The translations under genes and the position numbers were made by a program. The notes beneath the pieces were generated by a model, which did not search any database, had not been told where the DNA came from, and saw only the letters and a list, made by a program, of their open reading frames with translations. Shown piece by piece: positions 28,252-41,858 of a DNA stretch of 64,000 bases. Source of the stretch: Octopus vulgaris (Eukaryota); contig OX597821.1 of NCBI GenBank assembly GCA_951406725.2, forward strand, positions 63,984,001 to 64,048,000. The letters are read 5' to 3'. The stretch's first letter is position 1. Every line of letters begins with the position of its first letter.

Positions 28252-28545
28252 TAAAAACCGCATTCGCACCAAGAAAGTTACCCGCCGAGGCACCCGAGGC
28301 ACAAGTCCGAGCAATGTTGTTTATAGAAAACCAGCAGTCGCCCATACATGCCGGCCTCCGTTCTCGACGCCAATGTTGTCCAATGGGAAGGCAAAGTGAC
28401 ATTGCGAAGGATTTGTACAGCTGAGTGAACTGGAGCAATATGAAAAATAGTACCTTGCGCAAGAGCACAAGACACAGCCCGGTCAGGGAATCGAACTCAC
28501 TGCCTCATAACTGTGAAACCGACACTCTAACCACTTAGCCAAATG
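28250..28545 (-). mobile_element. SINE family 3 relative
   Basis: tggctaagtggttagagtg..gagttcgattccc..gctccagttcactcagctgt on minus. Confidence 0.8.
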
Positions 28546-28555
28546 ACTCTCTCTC

Positions 28556-28644
<89 letters not shown>

Positions 28645-28717
28645 ACCATGTTGAACCGTTATGCACAAGACACCTTTTTTCTCTCTCCGTTCTATTTCAT
28701 TTTCTCTCCTCTTAATC

Positions 28718-28753
28718 CTTTCTGTCGAAGAGCGTACGCTCGAAACGTAAAAG
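28718..28753 (+). ncRNA. Minimal hammerhead-like motif (A6U) in short element 28640-28845
   Basis: cttt-CTGTCGA-agagc(gtac)gctc-GAAA-cg-TA-aaag. Confidence 0.6.
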
Positions 28754-28841
28754 ACTTTTCCATTCTTCCTGAACATTAAACTGATACACCTACTTATTGA
28801 TCCTAGACCTGACTTCGTCTTTTGTTTTCTGTAAATTTGAA

Positions 28842-28910
<69 letters not shown>

Positions 28911-28912
<2 letters not shown>

Positions 28913-29165
28913 GTATATTTGCCACTTCAATGTGGCTAACCCTTAAGTGTGGATGCTACTGTAGCTTGTAGCCCCAGTCTGTGTGTATCATGTCAGATTG
29001 AAGATACTGATATGGCACAGAAAGTGTGTCAATAGCCAGCTGGAGATGTCCTCCTGGGGTTACAAGCTATAGTACCATCCACCCTTAAGGGTTAGCCACA
29101 TTTAAGTGGCAAATATATTTTACGATGTTGTGCAGCTACTGTTTATACCTCGCTCAGAGGTTTAT

Positions 29166-29167
<2 letters not shown>
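28911..29167. mobile_element. Diverged shorter relative of the 6435-7004 fold-back
   Basis: IR 28914-28977 / 29054-29117; shared gtggatgctactgtag..tgtagccccag and tail ctgtttata.ctcgctc.gag. Confidence 0.8.
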
Positions 29168-29240
<73 letters not shown>

Positions 29241-30929
29241 AGAGAGAGAGAGCAATGAACAATTGGATTATTATGTCTTTTGTGAGTTATCACGCTCTTG
29301 TTTCTGCAGCAGTTGAATTCTCAAAACCGACATTTTGTGGGGTGGTCGATAATACCGACCTTTGTGCTCAATTAGTACTTATTTTATCGTCCTCACCAGA
29401 AACAACGAAAGGCTAAGTCGTCTTCAGCGGAGTTTGAACTCTGAATATCACCCCTGAAAACATTGTACTAAACGTTTTGTCCAACTAATGAATCTGCCAG
29501 CTCGCTGGGTTGTGTTAAATTCCTTTATTGCAAGACAACAAAATACGCTCATAACTGCCTTGAGCTATAATTATATAGAAAAATAAAAAAAGGTCACTAA
29601 TATTGTTGAAGATCTAAAGTGAATTAAATTGACTTACTACTTGATGAGTAGATTTTCTACCGCTATCGGAATGTGTAAATGTAAAGTTAGAATCGGCGGT
29701 GAGATTTCATCACAGAACGTAAAATAACGTAGCTAAACGCGGAAGATTATTTCGTCAGAAGATTATCAAGCAACCTTTCTTTGAGCTATAAACATTTATG
29801 ATTACTTCTTTATACCTAACTTATTTAAACCAAAAGTTCCAAACACTCTCAGCCTTAGGCATAACTTTTTTCAATCTCTCATCTGACATTTTTTTCGCTT
29901 CAGTTATAATAAACATCAGAGAAAGAGAGAAAGAGAGAAATTAGTAACAGTATATGTACTGGCAAATTGGTTGATGTTTTCAGTGATCAGTTAATCGGTA
30001 GATGATCAACATAGGAGGAAAACAGTCTGAAATATATCTAGGAAACATCTCGATTTTTCCTTTTATTGGAGCTTAGTTGTGGAATATTGTAAACAAATTA
30101 ATAAAAATGAAGCCAAAAGAACTGTTAGAACGTGTAAGGTTGTTTCACAAGTGCCTAATCACATCGGAAAGCGAGTGTTAGCAAAGCCTGATTAATCAAA
30201 CTGCAAGAATAACATTTGCTAAGGGTCCTGCATTTTCAAGGAACCCCAGCTATATATGTGCAAACTTTCAAATTCCAGTTCAGTGATTCTGTACATGCTC
30301 TATTACTTGCACAACTTTTATAAACCACTGCGCGTTTAAGGTTGATCAGAGATCATTGTTAAATTATTAAACGAATTACCATAATCAAATGAAATGGCAA
30401 CAATAAATGAGCCGATATACTTAATTTTTGTTGGCTGCTCGCTAATAGACTCGCTATTCTATTTTTTTGTTTCGATACATTAAATTCAGCGCACAATAAT
30501 TGAGCTTTATTATTACTTTTTGAATAAGTACGATCGGTTAAACTAATCAGTTTATTGCTACATTATAATATAATATAATATAATATAATATAATATAATA
30601 TAATATAATATAATATAATATAATATATCATACTGTATCATATTACATTATAGTCACAAGTATCGTATTATAGGCAGTGAGCTGGAAGAATCGATAGCAC
30701 GCAGGGAAAATGCTTAGCGGCGTTTCATCCATCCATACGTTCGCTGTTCAAATTCCACCGATGTCGACTTTAACTCTCAGTCTTTCGGAATCGATAAAAT
30801 AGGTACCAGTTCAGATTATGGTCGATGTAATCGACTAACCTAGTGCTTCTCAACTCTTTTATTTCAATGAGTTTTCCCACGGACCCCTTTTAATATGCTT
30901 ATCCTTATACATAATATGCTTATCCTTGT

Positions 30930-31100
30930 GAAGGCGCATGGCTCAGTGGTTAGAGCGTTGAGCTTACGATCATGAGGTTGTGAGTTCGAATCCTGGACCG
31001 GGTTGCATGTTGTGTTCTTGAGCAAGACACTTTATTTCACGTTGCTCCAGTTCACTCAGCTTTAGAAATGAGTTGCGACATCACAGGTACCAAGCTGTAT
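30930..31100 (+). mobile_element. SINE family 3 nested among family 2 pieces
   Basis: ggcgcatggctcagtggttagagcg..gagttcgaatcc. Confidence 0.85.
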
Positions 31101-31601
31101 CGTGGTAACGATTCTGCCAGCTCACCGCCTTATATATTATATTATATTACATTATATTACGTTACATAACATTACATTATATTATATTATATTATATTAT
31201 AGTCACAGCTATCGCATTACAGGTAGAAGTGTTAGTACGTCAGACAAAATACTTAGCGGCGTTTCTTCTGGCTCTTTAAATATTGAGTTTAACTACCACC
31301 GGGGTCATCTTTGCCATTCGTTCTTTTCGGGGTCGATAACATAGTAATATCCAAGGACTGGGGTCGATGGAATCAACTAACCCATCTCCTTAAAACGGCT
31401 GGCCTTGCGCCACAATTAGAAAGAATTATGTTATAGTCACGGTAAAGCTAGACATAGCCATTAAACTAAAGTGGGATATTATTTACGGTTTCTACTTTAA
31501 CATTGATATTGTTAAACAAAACTCAAGTACAAATAACAAGTTCATAAAGAAAGATTCTTATTTCAATGGTTGCCCATAGAAATAAATGTTTAAGACTACA
31601 T

Positions 31602-31636
<35 letters not shown>

Positions 31637-32807
31637 GTTTCAAGCTTTGACCTTCAACAATATTTTCAACCAATTTCATCTCGTACATATTATTTTTTAA
31701 TGATTGCGCTTGTGTTTAAGTTTATGAAGTTTACATCGTTTGTTAGAATGATACTCTTGAATTAGTTTATTTACCATATAATACGTATAGAAAGAGTTTT
31801 TTGCTATGGTGCAAGTATTATATATTATAAAATATTATATTTGGAAAACTTTCTTTTTGTTTTTGTTTCTTCAGTTTTCGTAAATTAATATTGATAAAAA
31901 AATATTCTTTCAGAAGAGAAAAACCATTCAACCGTAATGCGCATCATTTCTGTTTTCTCTGAAGATAATTTCATCTTGATAAATGTTAATTGTTTCGCCC
32001 AAGAAAACTTATTTTTATTAGTATACATATATATATATATATACCTATCACAGCAGACAGGGTAGAGAGTTTAAGATTTAACCAACAATAACACACTACT
32101 ATGGAGTTATATAATTAGAAAACAAGTATTATACACTTTAGTGTGTTCACACAACTTTTGTTTTATCTACGCAGAAAGATTGTGGATAAAGAAACACCAT
32201 TGCAATGAAAAAAAAACACTCAAGTGACAAATGAAGTTACTATCGATGAAAGAAAAAAAGAAAGAGGTGAAGAAAAGAAAAGAAAAATAGCAAAAATGAA
32301 GCAATGGTCATTCTGGGATAGAAACATGAATGAATTCAAATGAAAAAGAGGATATGTTGTAATTCGATTGCAAAATTTAAATAAGGTTAACGGGCTTTGA
32401 AATCGAAAGAGAATTCCAGTAACTCATTTATATGAACACCTCAATTGAAACATTACAAATAGCATGTCACTGTAGAATGAATTAAACTGAGACCTGGTTC
32501 CACTCTGCTATTCACCTTCACAAGTTTACCGTTTCCATTCCCAGCGGATTTTGCAATCGCAATAAATCTCAGTGTCAATATTTGAATAAAATAGGTTTGT
32601 TCTCGAATTTTCTATTTGCGCATGGACAGTTGTATGTAGCCCAGTGAAGAACTATTTAGGTTGATGCAGGTATTGTGACAACGTCAAAAAATGTTGTCAC
32701 AAGTATTGTTTACTTTGAAGTGTTCTAATGTGAAAAATATTTTTCTTAGCTTTTATATTATGCAGATACTTGTTTCTGATAGATGATGAATTATATATAT
32801 ATATATA

Positions 32808-34954
32808 GGAGTGGCTATCTGGTAAGTAGCTTGCTTACCAACCACATGGTTCCGGGTTCATTCCCACTGCGTGGCACCTTGGGAAAGTGTCTTCTACTAT
32901 AGCCTCGGGCCGACCAAAGCCTTGTGAGTGGATTTGGTAGACGGAAGCTGAAAGAATCCCGTCGTATATATGTATATATGTATATATATATATATATATA
33001 TATAAATTCGGGGTGAGTACTTGATAATTGTAAGCACCTGTATATACCGTTTGGTGGTGTAGGTGGAGGAGTAAATTGATCAAAATAAAAACATGATGCC
33101 AAGGATTCATCGGTACATATGTTTCGGGCCTTTATTAGACAGATTTATAACAATGCATAATGTATGTCTGTGGCCTTCTTCAGCCGCGCACAACAACTTC
33201 CACAAGGACATGTGTTACATCAAAAATTCTTGGTTGGGGTGCAAATCCTCTCATTCGCGTACGACATAATGCGGCAGCAGCATAGAATTGAAGCGTCCAT
33301 CTCGTTCTTCTCTCAATGTAGAATGAGGGAATTTAGATGTTGAAGTAATGTAAATAAATTAACAAATAAATACGTATATAGACGTGAAGGGACCTGGTGA
33401 TAAGAGTAAATAGGGGTAAAGATGGAGGGGCGAGAATTCAGGACGAAGGATAAAAAAATATATAAAAAGTGTAAGTATAGAAAAATGTAAAAGTGTAGAG
33501 TATAAAGATATAAAGAGATATAAGGAGATATAAGGGGGTATAAAGAATATAAAAAAAATATAAATGAATATAAAGGTATCAAGTTATAAAGTAAAAATAG
33601 AAATAGAAATAAAAATAAAAATAAAAACAAAAAAATAAAAATAGGAATAAAAATAGGAATAAAAATAATAAAAAAATATATAAGGATAAGGGATGTATAG
33701 TGGTTACGGACCAAACATGGTGGTCAGGAAAATGACAAAATCCAGTTGTAGAATCAACAGGGGCGTCTGGGGACTTAGTGTGTTGTAAATCAGATCTGTT
33801 GAGCGGTTATCTAGTTCCTTGAGTTAATTGGTCATCTTGTACATACATACCAGCATGGATACATACACCCATATACACGCGCACATATACGCACGCATAC
33901 ACAGCTCCAAGCATATAAGCATACATACGTACTCACGTGTAAACATATACAGAAACCCATATACACCCACACACATGCGCATGTATACATACATACAACA
34001 GAACATGCGTATATATACCCGGACATTATCCGTGTACATATACATATATACATATATACATACACACGCACATACATATATACATATGCATATACACATA
34101 TGCACACATATATGCACGTGTATACATATACATACATATGCACATACACACACCCATATATACATACGTACGTCCATCCCTACACAGATGCCCACGCATA
34201 CCGGTTTAGATATAAGGTGATAAAAGATGTGTATAAGAACGCATGTAAAGAATCACGCACTCACGTCTATACGTACACGCACACACGGCTGTGTGTCTAT
34301 ATGTGCGTGTACATATACATCCACATGCACACACAGAGACATACGCGCGTATAGGTATAGCTATAAGATATTAAAAGATGTATACAAATGTGTGTAAATA
34401 TATGCATATAAGAAATCTGCGAAAAGATGTAAAAAAAGATGTAAAAAAACATGTAAAAAAAAAGATGTAAAAAAACATGTAAAAAAAATTTTTTTTTAAT
34501 TTTTAAAAAACATGTAAAAAATTAAAAAAATTTTTTTTAATTATTAAGGGAAATATTAAAGAAAATTATTAAAAAAATGGGGTATGCACATCCAGACGAA
34601 GATGTTTACTCGTACATACGTACACATATGTATATGTATACACACGTACACGGACGCACGTATATGTACCAATGAATCCTTGGCATCATGTTTTTATTTT
34701 GATCAATATATATATATATACATATATATATATATGAATGTGTGTGTGTGTATGTTTGTATGTCTGTGATTGTGGCCCTAACATCGCTTGACAACCGATG
34801 GTGGTGTGTTTACGTCCCCGTTCAGCAAAAGTGACCGATAGAATAAGTACTAGGCTTACAAAGAATTAGTTCTGGGGTCGATTTGCTCGACTAAAAGGCG
34901 GTGCTCCAGCATGGCCGCAGTCAAATGACTGAAACAAGTAAAAAAGTAAAAGAG
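32808..34954 (+). mobile_element. SINE family 1 split by a 1.7-kb insertion
   Basis: Head 32808-32965, tail 34755-34954. Confidence 0.85.
33005..34707 (-). mobile_element. Decayed PLE-like fold-back insertion nested in a SINE's internal (TA)n
   Basis: ~46-bp IR (33075-33120 / 34662-34707) and ~70-nt tail at left. The SINE head (32808-32965) and tail (34755-34954) are separated by it. Confidence 0.65.
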
Positions 34955-35268
34955 TATATATATATATATACCTGTTATGATTCCTATATATTTTGTCATT
35001 GATATTTACAGTAGGAGCAGTTAACCAACTCGAAACCAATCACATTAAAGTTGTGTATGAGAAAAGGATATTTCACTGGTCCATGTTAGTTTATCCAATA
35101 ATATTATAGGATTAGTTTAACGTTTAGTTTTAACTTAAGCTTTGAATGTTGATGAATCTTGAAAACAAAATTAGGAACTGCAGTTCTATATTTAAGAGAT
35201 GAGGAATAATGTACATTATTTATATTATTTATATTTGACGGATATTTGTCCGCATCTTGTTTATTGTT

Positions 35269-35314
35269 AACACAACGTTTCGGTTGATGTACTCTCCATC
35301 CTTCATCAGGTGTC
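35269..35314 (-). ncRNA. Minimal hammerhead
   Basis: gacac-CTGATGA-aggatgg..atcaacc-GAAA-cg-TT-gtgtt on minus. Confidence 0.65.
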
Positions 35315-35351
35315 TTGGGGAAATTTTGAACCTGGGTTCTCATTTTTTATG

Positions 35352-35400
<49 letters not shown>

Positions 35401-35408
35401 CCTTATTA

Positions 35409-35480
35409 AGGTCACTTCCTGGAATTGAACTCGGAATCTTGGGGTTAGTAACCCGCGCTCTTAACCACTGCCCGCGGGCA
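35409..35480 (-). pseudogene. tRNA-like SINE head or tRNA pseudogene with (TAA)n tail
   Basis: agtggttaagagcgcggg-ttactaa-cccca..gagttcaattcc; acceptor stem not intact. Confidence 0.55.
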
Positions 35481-35589
35481 TATGGTGAGGTCGATAAATT
35501 AAGTACCAGTTACGTACTGGGGTCGATCTAATCGACTGGCCCCCACTCCCCTAAAATTTCGGGCCTTGTGCCTAGAGTAGAAACGAATA

Positions 35590-36250
35590 ATAGCTTCAAA
35601 TTTTGGCACAAACACAGCAAGCTCAGAAGAGGAGTTAAGTTGACAACACAGACACCAGTGTTCAACTGGTACTTATTTTATCGATCTGAGAATGATGGAA
35701 GGCAAAGTCGACCGCGGCGGAATTTGAACTCAGAACGCGAAGACAAGCGAAATACCGCTGAGCATTTCACCCGGCGTGCTAACGATTCCAGCCTGCTCGC
35801 CACTTTTTAATAATCTTTTCTACTCTAGGCACAAGACCTGTATTTGGGGAGGCGGATAGTCGATTACATCGATCCCAGTAGTCAACAGGTACTTGCTTTA
35901 TCGACTCCGAAATGATGAAAGGCAAAGTCGACTTCGGCGGAATTTGAACTCAATACGTGAAGACAGACAAAAGACCTCTAAGCATTTCGCACCCGATGCT
36001 ATCGATTCTGCCAGCTCGCTGCTTTTTAATAATCCTTTCTACTATAGGCACAAAGCCTGAAATTTGGTGTGAGGGGGTGACGTTTGATTAGATCGATCTC
36101 AGTACGCAACTGGCATTTAATTTATCGACTCCAAAGGATGAAGGCACAGTCGACCTTGGCGAAATTTGAGCTCAGAACATTAAGAGAGTACGAAATACCG
36201 CTAAGCGTTTCGCCCGGCGTGCTAACGATTCTGCCAGCTCACCGCTTTTT
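35590..36250 (-). mobile_element. SINE family 2, three head-to-tail copies
   Basis: ~220-bp period, joined by tttaataat. Confidence 0.88.
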
Positions 36251-36639
36251 AATAATGCCACAAAAACTCATTTGACAGGGTTCCAAGCAGATGTCTTGAT
36301 TTGGGTTAATCGAACTAATGTCAGTAAATCAAATTGTTTTAAAGTTCGGATTCTGAGATGGTATAAATACTTTGCATATACAATGATAGCAAAATAATTG
36401 AAAGTTATTATGAAGATATTCGCAGAAGAAAGCCTTTTGTTTTTAAGTATTAATGAAACTTTTGGCTCTCTCCATAATGGAATATACAGTGGAGTGGTAG
36501 AATTACTAATCGAAATTGACTCTTTACTAGCCGAGTATATAAAATATTCATGTGAATGAATATATGAGACAACATAAATCATACCTATTTAAAACTGCAA
36601 ATGAAGAAGTCATCAATCTGAATGAATTCTGCATGGTGG

Positions 36640-36691
<52 letters not shown>

Positions 36692-36868
36692 TATATATAT
36701 ATATGGGTGTGTGTGATTGTGTATAGAAGAATATATTAATAAAAAGAATTCCAACCTTGTCTGATTTTCACGTTTTATTTACAATCTTATAATGATATAT
36801 TATAAGATAATATATTATAATTGAATAAAATAAAATGAAATAGTAGAATGTTAAATATTCATTCTGAT

Positions 36869-36913
36869 TGAACTAGTACTTTCATGCATTGAATTCTGCA
36901 ATCTTCGGGTTCA
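36869..36913 (-). ncRNA. Mirror copy of the PLE hammerhead
   Basis: Reverse complement of 40621-40665. Confidence 0.7.
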
Positions 36914-37407
36914 TGTAGTAGTGTTGACAGTCATGCTTCGCAATTTTTGACTGTAGCAAGATGAGTGATTCTGTGCTATAAATACAGCTGGGTAGGCTCC
37001 AGAGTGCTAGGTTTTGCAAACTGTATTCTGACCAATCAGTGTGTAGTATCACTCAATTACTTAAGCTGATTGGTTGGTTGAGCTGATTGGTTTAGGCATC
37101 ATGCTTTGTTGGACAGGTCAAGAGTCCTGTATCTTGACCCTGGCCGAAGCAGCAATTGTTGGGTTATTTTTAGAAATGTTGTAAATATCCTTTGTCAGAG
37201 ATTTTTATATTTTTATATTTCAATTGTCATCATCATCATTGTCAGCACCTTAATTATTGTTGCTAGTGGTGATGGTGGTGGCAATAGAACTTTTAACCCT
37301 AAATAAGATAATTTTCCTGCTATCTTCGTCTTGATCACCTTTAGTATTGTTGTTGTTGTTAGTGGTCATGGTCGTAGCAGTGGAAGTAATACCTCTAAGT
37401 ATTATTA

Positions 37408-39735
37408 TTATTGCTTATTTAGCTTGGGTTCGAATTTATCAATAAAATTCTTTTCTCTGATTTTCCTCTCGATTTCACTTGGGCTGTGTAATTTGTAGAA
37501 TGGAAATATTATATATATTTTCCGACCACATGTTGCTAGGTGGTTACTCAAAGGTATCTGACGGACCTCTGGGTCTCTAATCTGTTGCCGGTGTACACGT
37601 GAGCGTTCTAATAGTGCGTTTCCCGTCTGACCTACATATATTTCTTCACAATTTGGGCATTTGATGCAGTAAATTAAATTTCTGCTTTTGCAGTTCATAT
37701 TCGCGTTTGTGAATATTTTTCCGGTTTTTGTGTTTATATATTGACCGGTATGTATGAATTGGCATGTGCCACATCGGCTATCATTGCATTTAGATACCGT
37801 GAATGTTTGGTCTTTGTTGCTGAGGTCAAATTTTGCCTTTGTTAGTAATGTTTTCAAGTTTTTAGGCTGTCTTTTACTAAGCACCATAGCTCGATCCTTG
37901 ATTATGTCTTTTAATTCATTACTTTGGGCAATGATTGGAAGGTTTGCTTTGGCAATGTTGAAGATATTCTGGTGACATGGGTTGTGTGTCACTATGAATG
38001 GTATGACTTGTTCTTGTTTTCCTCTTCCTTGGGTTGTCCTAAGTTGTTGTATAGGTATTTTTATAGCCCGCTGTATGCCATTTTCTATAAGTAGAGATGG
38101 GTATTTTTGTTTGAGCAAAAATTCTCTTAGTTCTATTAGGCGTTTGTTCCTGATATTTGCATCTTCTACAATAGTACAAATTCTTCTGGCTAGGCAGTAT
38201 GGGATGTTACGTTTTGTATGTGGTGGATGGCACGACTTAAAATTTAGGTATTGATGTGTGTCTGTGTGTTTATAGTATATATCTGTGGTGATGGTGGTGT
38301 CTTTTTTAATTACCATTATATCCAGGAATGGTAATTTGGTACTACTCATCTCCTTTGTAAATTTGAGAGATGGGTGTAGGTTGTTCAGGAGGATATTGAA
38401 CTCTTCCAGAGTATTTAGAGATTCTGTCCAGATTATGAAACAGTCGTCTAGGTATCTCTTCCATGCCTTTTCAATATACTTTCTAAATCCAGTGCCATAG
38501 TTTACCTCCACCTCTTGGTAGAGTTGTTCTTCTAAGTATCCCATTACAGAGTTGGCGTAAACGGGAGCAAACCTCGTTCCCATCGCCGTGCCTCTAATTT
38601 GGATGTAATTCTTTCCATTGAAGAAGAATGTGTTATTTTCTAGAATAAGTTTGACTGTGTCTAATATAAATGGCACTGTGAATCTGCTGGGAATCACTTC
38701 TCTATGTTTTTCTAACCAGTATTTAATCGCCTTTATTCCTAAATCGTGTGGAATATTGGTGTAGAGGCTTACCACATCAAAACTTAGCAAAACTGAATTT
38801 GTTTCTGTTGTTTTGGGAAGATGGGACAGGAAGTCGATGTCATCCCTGATGAAACTTGGTATGTAAGTACATAGTGGTTTCAAAACAATGTCAATAAAAT
38901 TGCTTAGACGGTGTGTAGGGCATGCTGGACCAGCTATAATAGGTCTAAGTTTTAGGTCTTTTGGATGTAATAATTTTATGTACTCACTTTCTTGTTCTTT
39001 TACTGCCTGTTGAATGTTTTTTGATTTGTGTATTTTTGGTAAGCCGTAGAAGTTGCTGGGTTTTGGTTCAAAATTGGTGATGTAGTCTTTTTCATTATCC
39101 GTAAGTGAGTTGTGGTGTGTTGAAATCAGGTTGTTGATCTTTTTCATGATGTGGTGGTCTATATTTGCGGGTATTTCACAATAGAAGGTTGTATCCTTCA
39201 GTTGGTCTTCAACCAAATCCTTATAGTATTCGGTATCCATAATAACAATTGCACCACCTTTATCTGCTTGTTTAATTATTATTGTTTGATCGTTTTGTAT
39301 ACGTTTACATGCAGACATCTCTGATTTGCTAATGTTTGGCCTAACATTGGTATTGCGTCTAAGGGGAAATTTAGACAGGATATCAATGTATTGGTCAAGG
39401 TAGTTATTTCTTCCTTTTGGTGGGGTGAAATTTGATTTATTCCTTACTAGGGATTCATCAATCTCATTACTTTTGTTAGCGAAGAATTCTACAAGTCGTA
39501 ATTTTCGACAGAATTTTTGGATATCCTCCTTTAATTCTTGGTGGTTGGCTGTTGGTGTAGGTGTGAATTTCAGTCCTTTTGACAGAAGTTGGATTTCATC
39601 ATTGTCAAGATCTCTTTTTGATAAATTAATTATTTTAGGATCTATACGTTCAGTTGTTTGGGGTATGTTTCCTCTTGGATTTTTTCTTTCTCCGGTGTTT
39701 GTTGTCCTGACGTAAAAAAATGGATTTTTTTCTGG
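37408..39735 (-). CDS. PLE polyprotein: reverse transcriptase + Cys linker + GIY-YIG endonuclease
   Basis: Motifs ADKGG, FYGLPKIHK, LRPII, FDVVSLYTNIP, GTAMGTRFAP, RYLDD, SCHP, CxxxxCxxC, LIYCIKCPNCEEIYVGQT. The frame stays open upstream of the track's Met (LLSKGLKFTPTP) to a TAA at 39736-39738. Confidence 0.95.
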   Translation of the reverse strand, partial: PEKNPFFYVRTTNTGERKNPRGNIPQTTERIDPKIINLSKRDLDNDEIQLLSKGLKFTPTPTANHQELKEDIQKFCRKLRLVEFFANKSNEIDESLVRNKSNFTPPKGRNNYLDQYIDILSKFPLRRNTNVRPNISKSEMSACKRIQNDQTIIIKQADKGGAIVIMDTEYYKDLVEDQLKDTTFYCEIPANIDHHIMKKINNLISTHHNSLTDNEKDYITNFEPKPSNFYGLPKIHKSKNIQQAVKEQESEYIKLLHPKDLKLRPIIAGPACPTHRLSNFIDIVLKPLCTYIPSFIRDDIDFLSHLPKTTETNSVLLSFDVVSLYTNIPHDLGIKAIKYWLEKHREVIPSRFTVPFILDTVKLILENNTFFFNGKNYIQIRGTAMGTRFAPVYANSVMGYLEEQLYQEVEVNYGTGFRKYIEKAWKRYLDDCFIIWTESLNTLEEFNILLNNLHPSLKFTKEMSSTKLPFLDIMVIKKDTTITTDIYYKHTDTHQYLNFKSCHPPHTKRNIPYCLARRICTIVEDANIRNKRLIELREFLLKQKYPSLLIENGIQRAIKIPIQQLRTTQGRGKQEQVIPFIVTHNPCHQNIFNIAKANLPIIAQSNELKDIIKDRAMVLSKRQPKNLKTLLTKAKFDLSNKDQTFTVSKCNDSRCGTCQFIHTGQYINTKTGKIFTNANMNCKSRNLIYCIKCPNCEEIYVGQTGNALLERSRVHRQQIRDPEVRQIPLSNHLATCGRKIYIIFPFYKLHSPSEIERKIREKNFIDKFEPKLNKQ

Positions 39736-40443
39736 TTATGATTTATATTCCTGTTGATGTTTGCTTGATGAATTTTGCGTTTTGGTTGTGGTACTTTACT
39801 TGGTTTCGTTATGTTTTCTGTCTTGTTTTTGGTATTATGTATGCTACTTTTCAATTCTTCAATTTCTTCAATTGTGAAGAAATTGTGAAGAAATATATGT
39901 AGGTCAGACGGGAAACGCACTATTAGAACGCTCACGTGTACACCGGCAACAGATTAGAGACCCAGAGGTCCGTCAGATACCTTTGAGTAACCACCTAGCA
40001 ACATGTGGTCGGAAAATATATATAATATTTCCATTCTACAAATTACACAGCCCAAGTGAAATCGAGAGGAAAATCAGAGAAAAGAATTTTATTGATAAAT
40101 TCGAACCCAAGCTAAATAAGCAATAATAATAATACTTAGAGGTATTACTTCCACTGCTACGACCATGACCACTAACAACAACAACAATACTAAAGGTGAT
40201 CAAGACGAAGATAGCAGGAAAATTATCTTATTTAGGGTTAAAAGTTCTATTGCCACCACCATCACCACTAGCAACAATAATTAAGGTGCTGACAATGATG
40301 ATGATGACAATTGAAATATAAAAATATAAAAATCTCTGACAAAGGATATTTACAACATTTCTAAAAATAACCCAACAATTGCTGCTTCGGCCAGGGTCAA
40401 GATACAGGACTCTTGACCTGTCCAACAAAGCATGATGCCTAAA

Positions 40444-40585
40444 CCAATCAGCTCAACCAACCAATCAGCTTAAGTAATTGAGTGATACTACACACTGATT
40501 GGTCAGAATACAGTTTGCAAAACCTAGCACTCTGGAGCCTACCCAGCTGTATTTATAGCACAGAATCACTCATCTTGCTACAGTC
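40444..40585 (+). promoter_or_regulatory. Putative Pol II promoter in PLE pseudo-LTR (mirrored at ~36950-37090 minus)
   Basis: CCAATCA at 40444 and 40461, reverse ATTGG at 40498, TATTTATA at 40550, upstream of the hammerhead motif. Confidence 0.5.
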
Positions 40586-40620
40586 AAAAATTGCGAAGCA
40601 TGACTGTCAACACTACTACA

Positions 40621-40665
40621 TGAACCCGAAGATTGCAGAATTCAATGCATGAAAGTACTAGTTCA
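40621..40665 (+). ncRNA. Minimal type I hammerhead ribozyme (U4C variant) in PLE pseudo-LTR
   Basis: tgaac-CCGAAGA-ttgca(gaattcaa)tgcat-GAAA-gtac-TA-gttca; palindromic stem III. Confidence 0.7.
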
Positions 40666-40794
40666 ATCAGAATGAATATTTAACATTCTACTATTTCATT
40701 TTATTTTATTCAATTATAATATATTATCTTATAATATATCATTATAAGATTGTAAATAAAACGTGAAAATCAGACAAGGTTGGAATTCTTTTTA

Positions 40795-41342
<548 letters not shown>

Positions 41343-41858
41343 ATATATCTTTTATAAATATATATATATCCTGGAAAGGAAGAGACTCTTATCTTTCTAT
41401 TAGACACAGTGAGTTGACAAAAAAAAAAGTTTACAGTAAGTGTTTCTATTTTCGCTTTTGTTAAACAATATTTTCATAATTTAGAAATATTTTCAAGTGA
41501 ATGTGATTTCAGAAATGTAAGTTGTTTATACAATAAGTATTCATATTTTAGCTTTCTTTTAACAGACAATATTTTTATGTTTTTTTAAAAAAAATTGTTT
41601 TCTGAATACCATTACAGAAATTTGTTTTGGCATATTCAAAAAAATATTCTAAAATGAAAATGACTTTAGAAACACGGTAAATATTCCGTAACAGACCTGT
41701 TCGTAACCTCGAAACCTCAGTGTGAATTAGTTTATTTCGAGTGCATTCAACGTATCTCACCTCCAAAGATTTGGCTGCTATTTCTAGCACGCCTCGCTAC
41801 TGCATAATAGCTATTTGCGATAAAGGACCCGAAATACCGGTTACGTGGTAGCAGGACG

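Noticed and set aside
30930-31005. Functional tRNA genes at SINE heads (also 7586, 28480, 35409)
   Set aside because: A/B boxes are present but cloverleafs are incomplete and continue into SINE bodies or tails
37106-40428. Duplicated 66-aa hydrophobic ORF; also paired 79-aa ORFs at 6476/6678
   Set aside because: By-products of inverted repeats with no coding evidence
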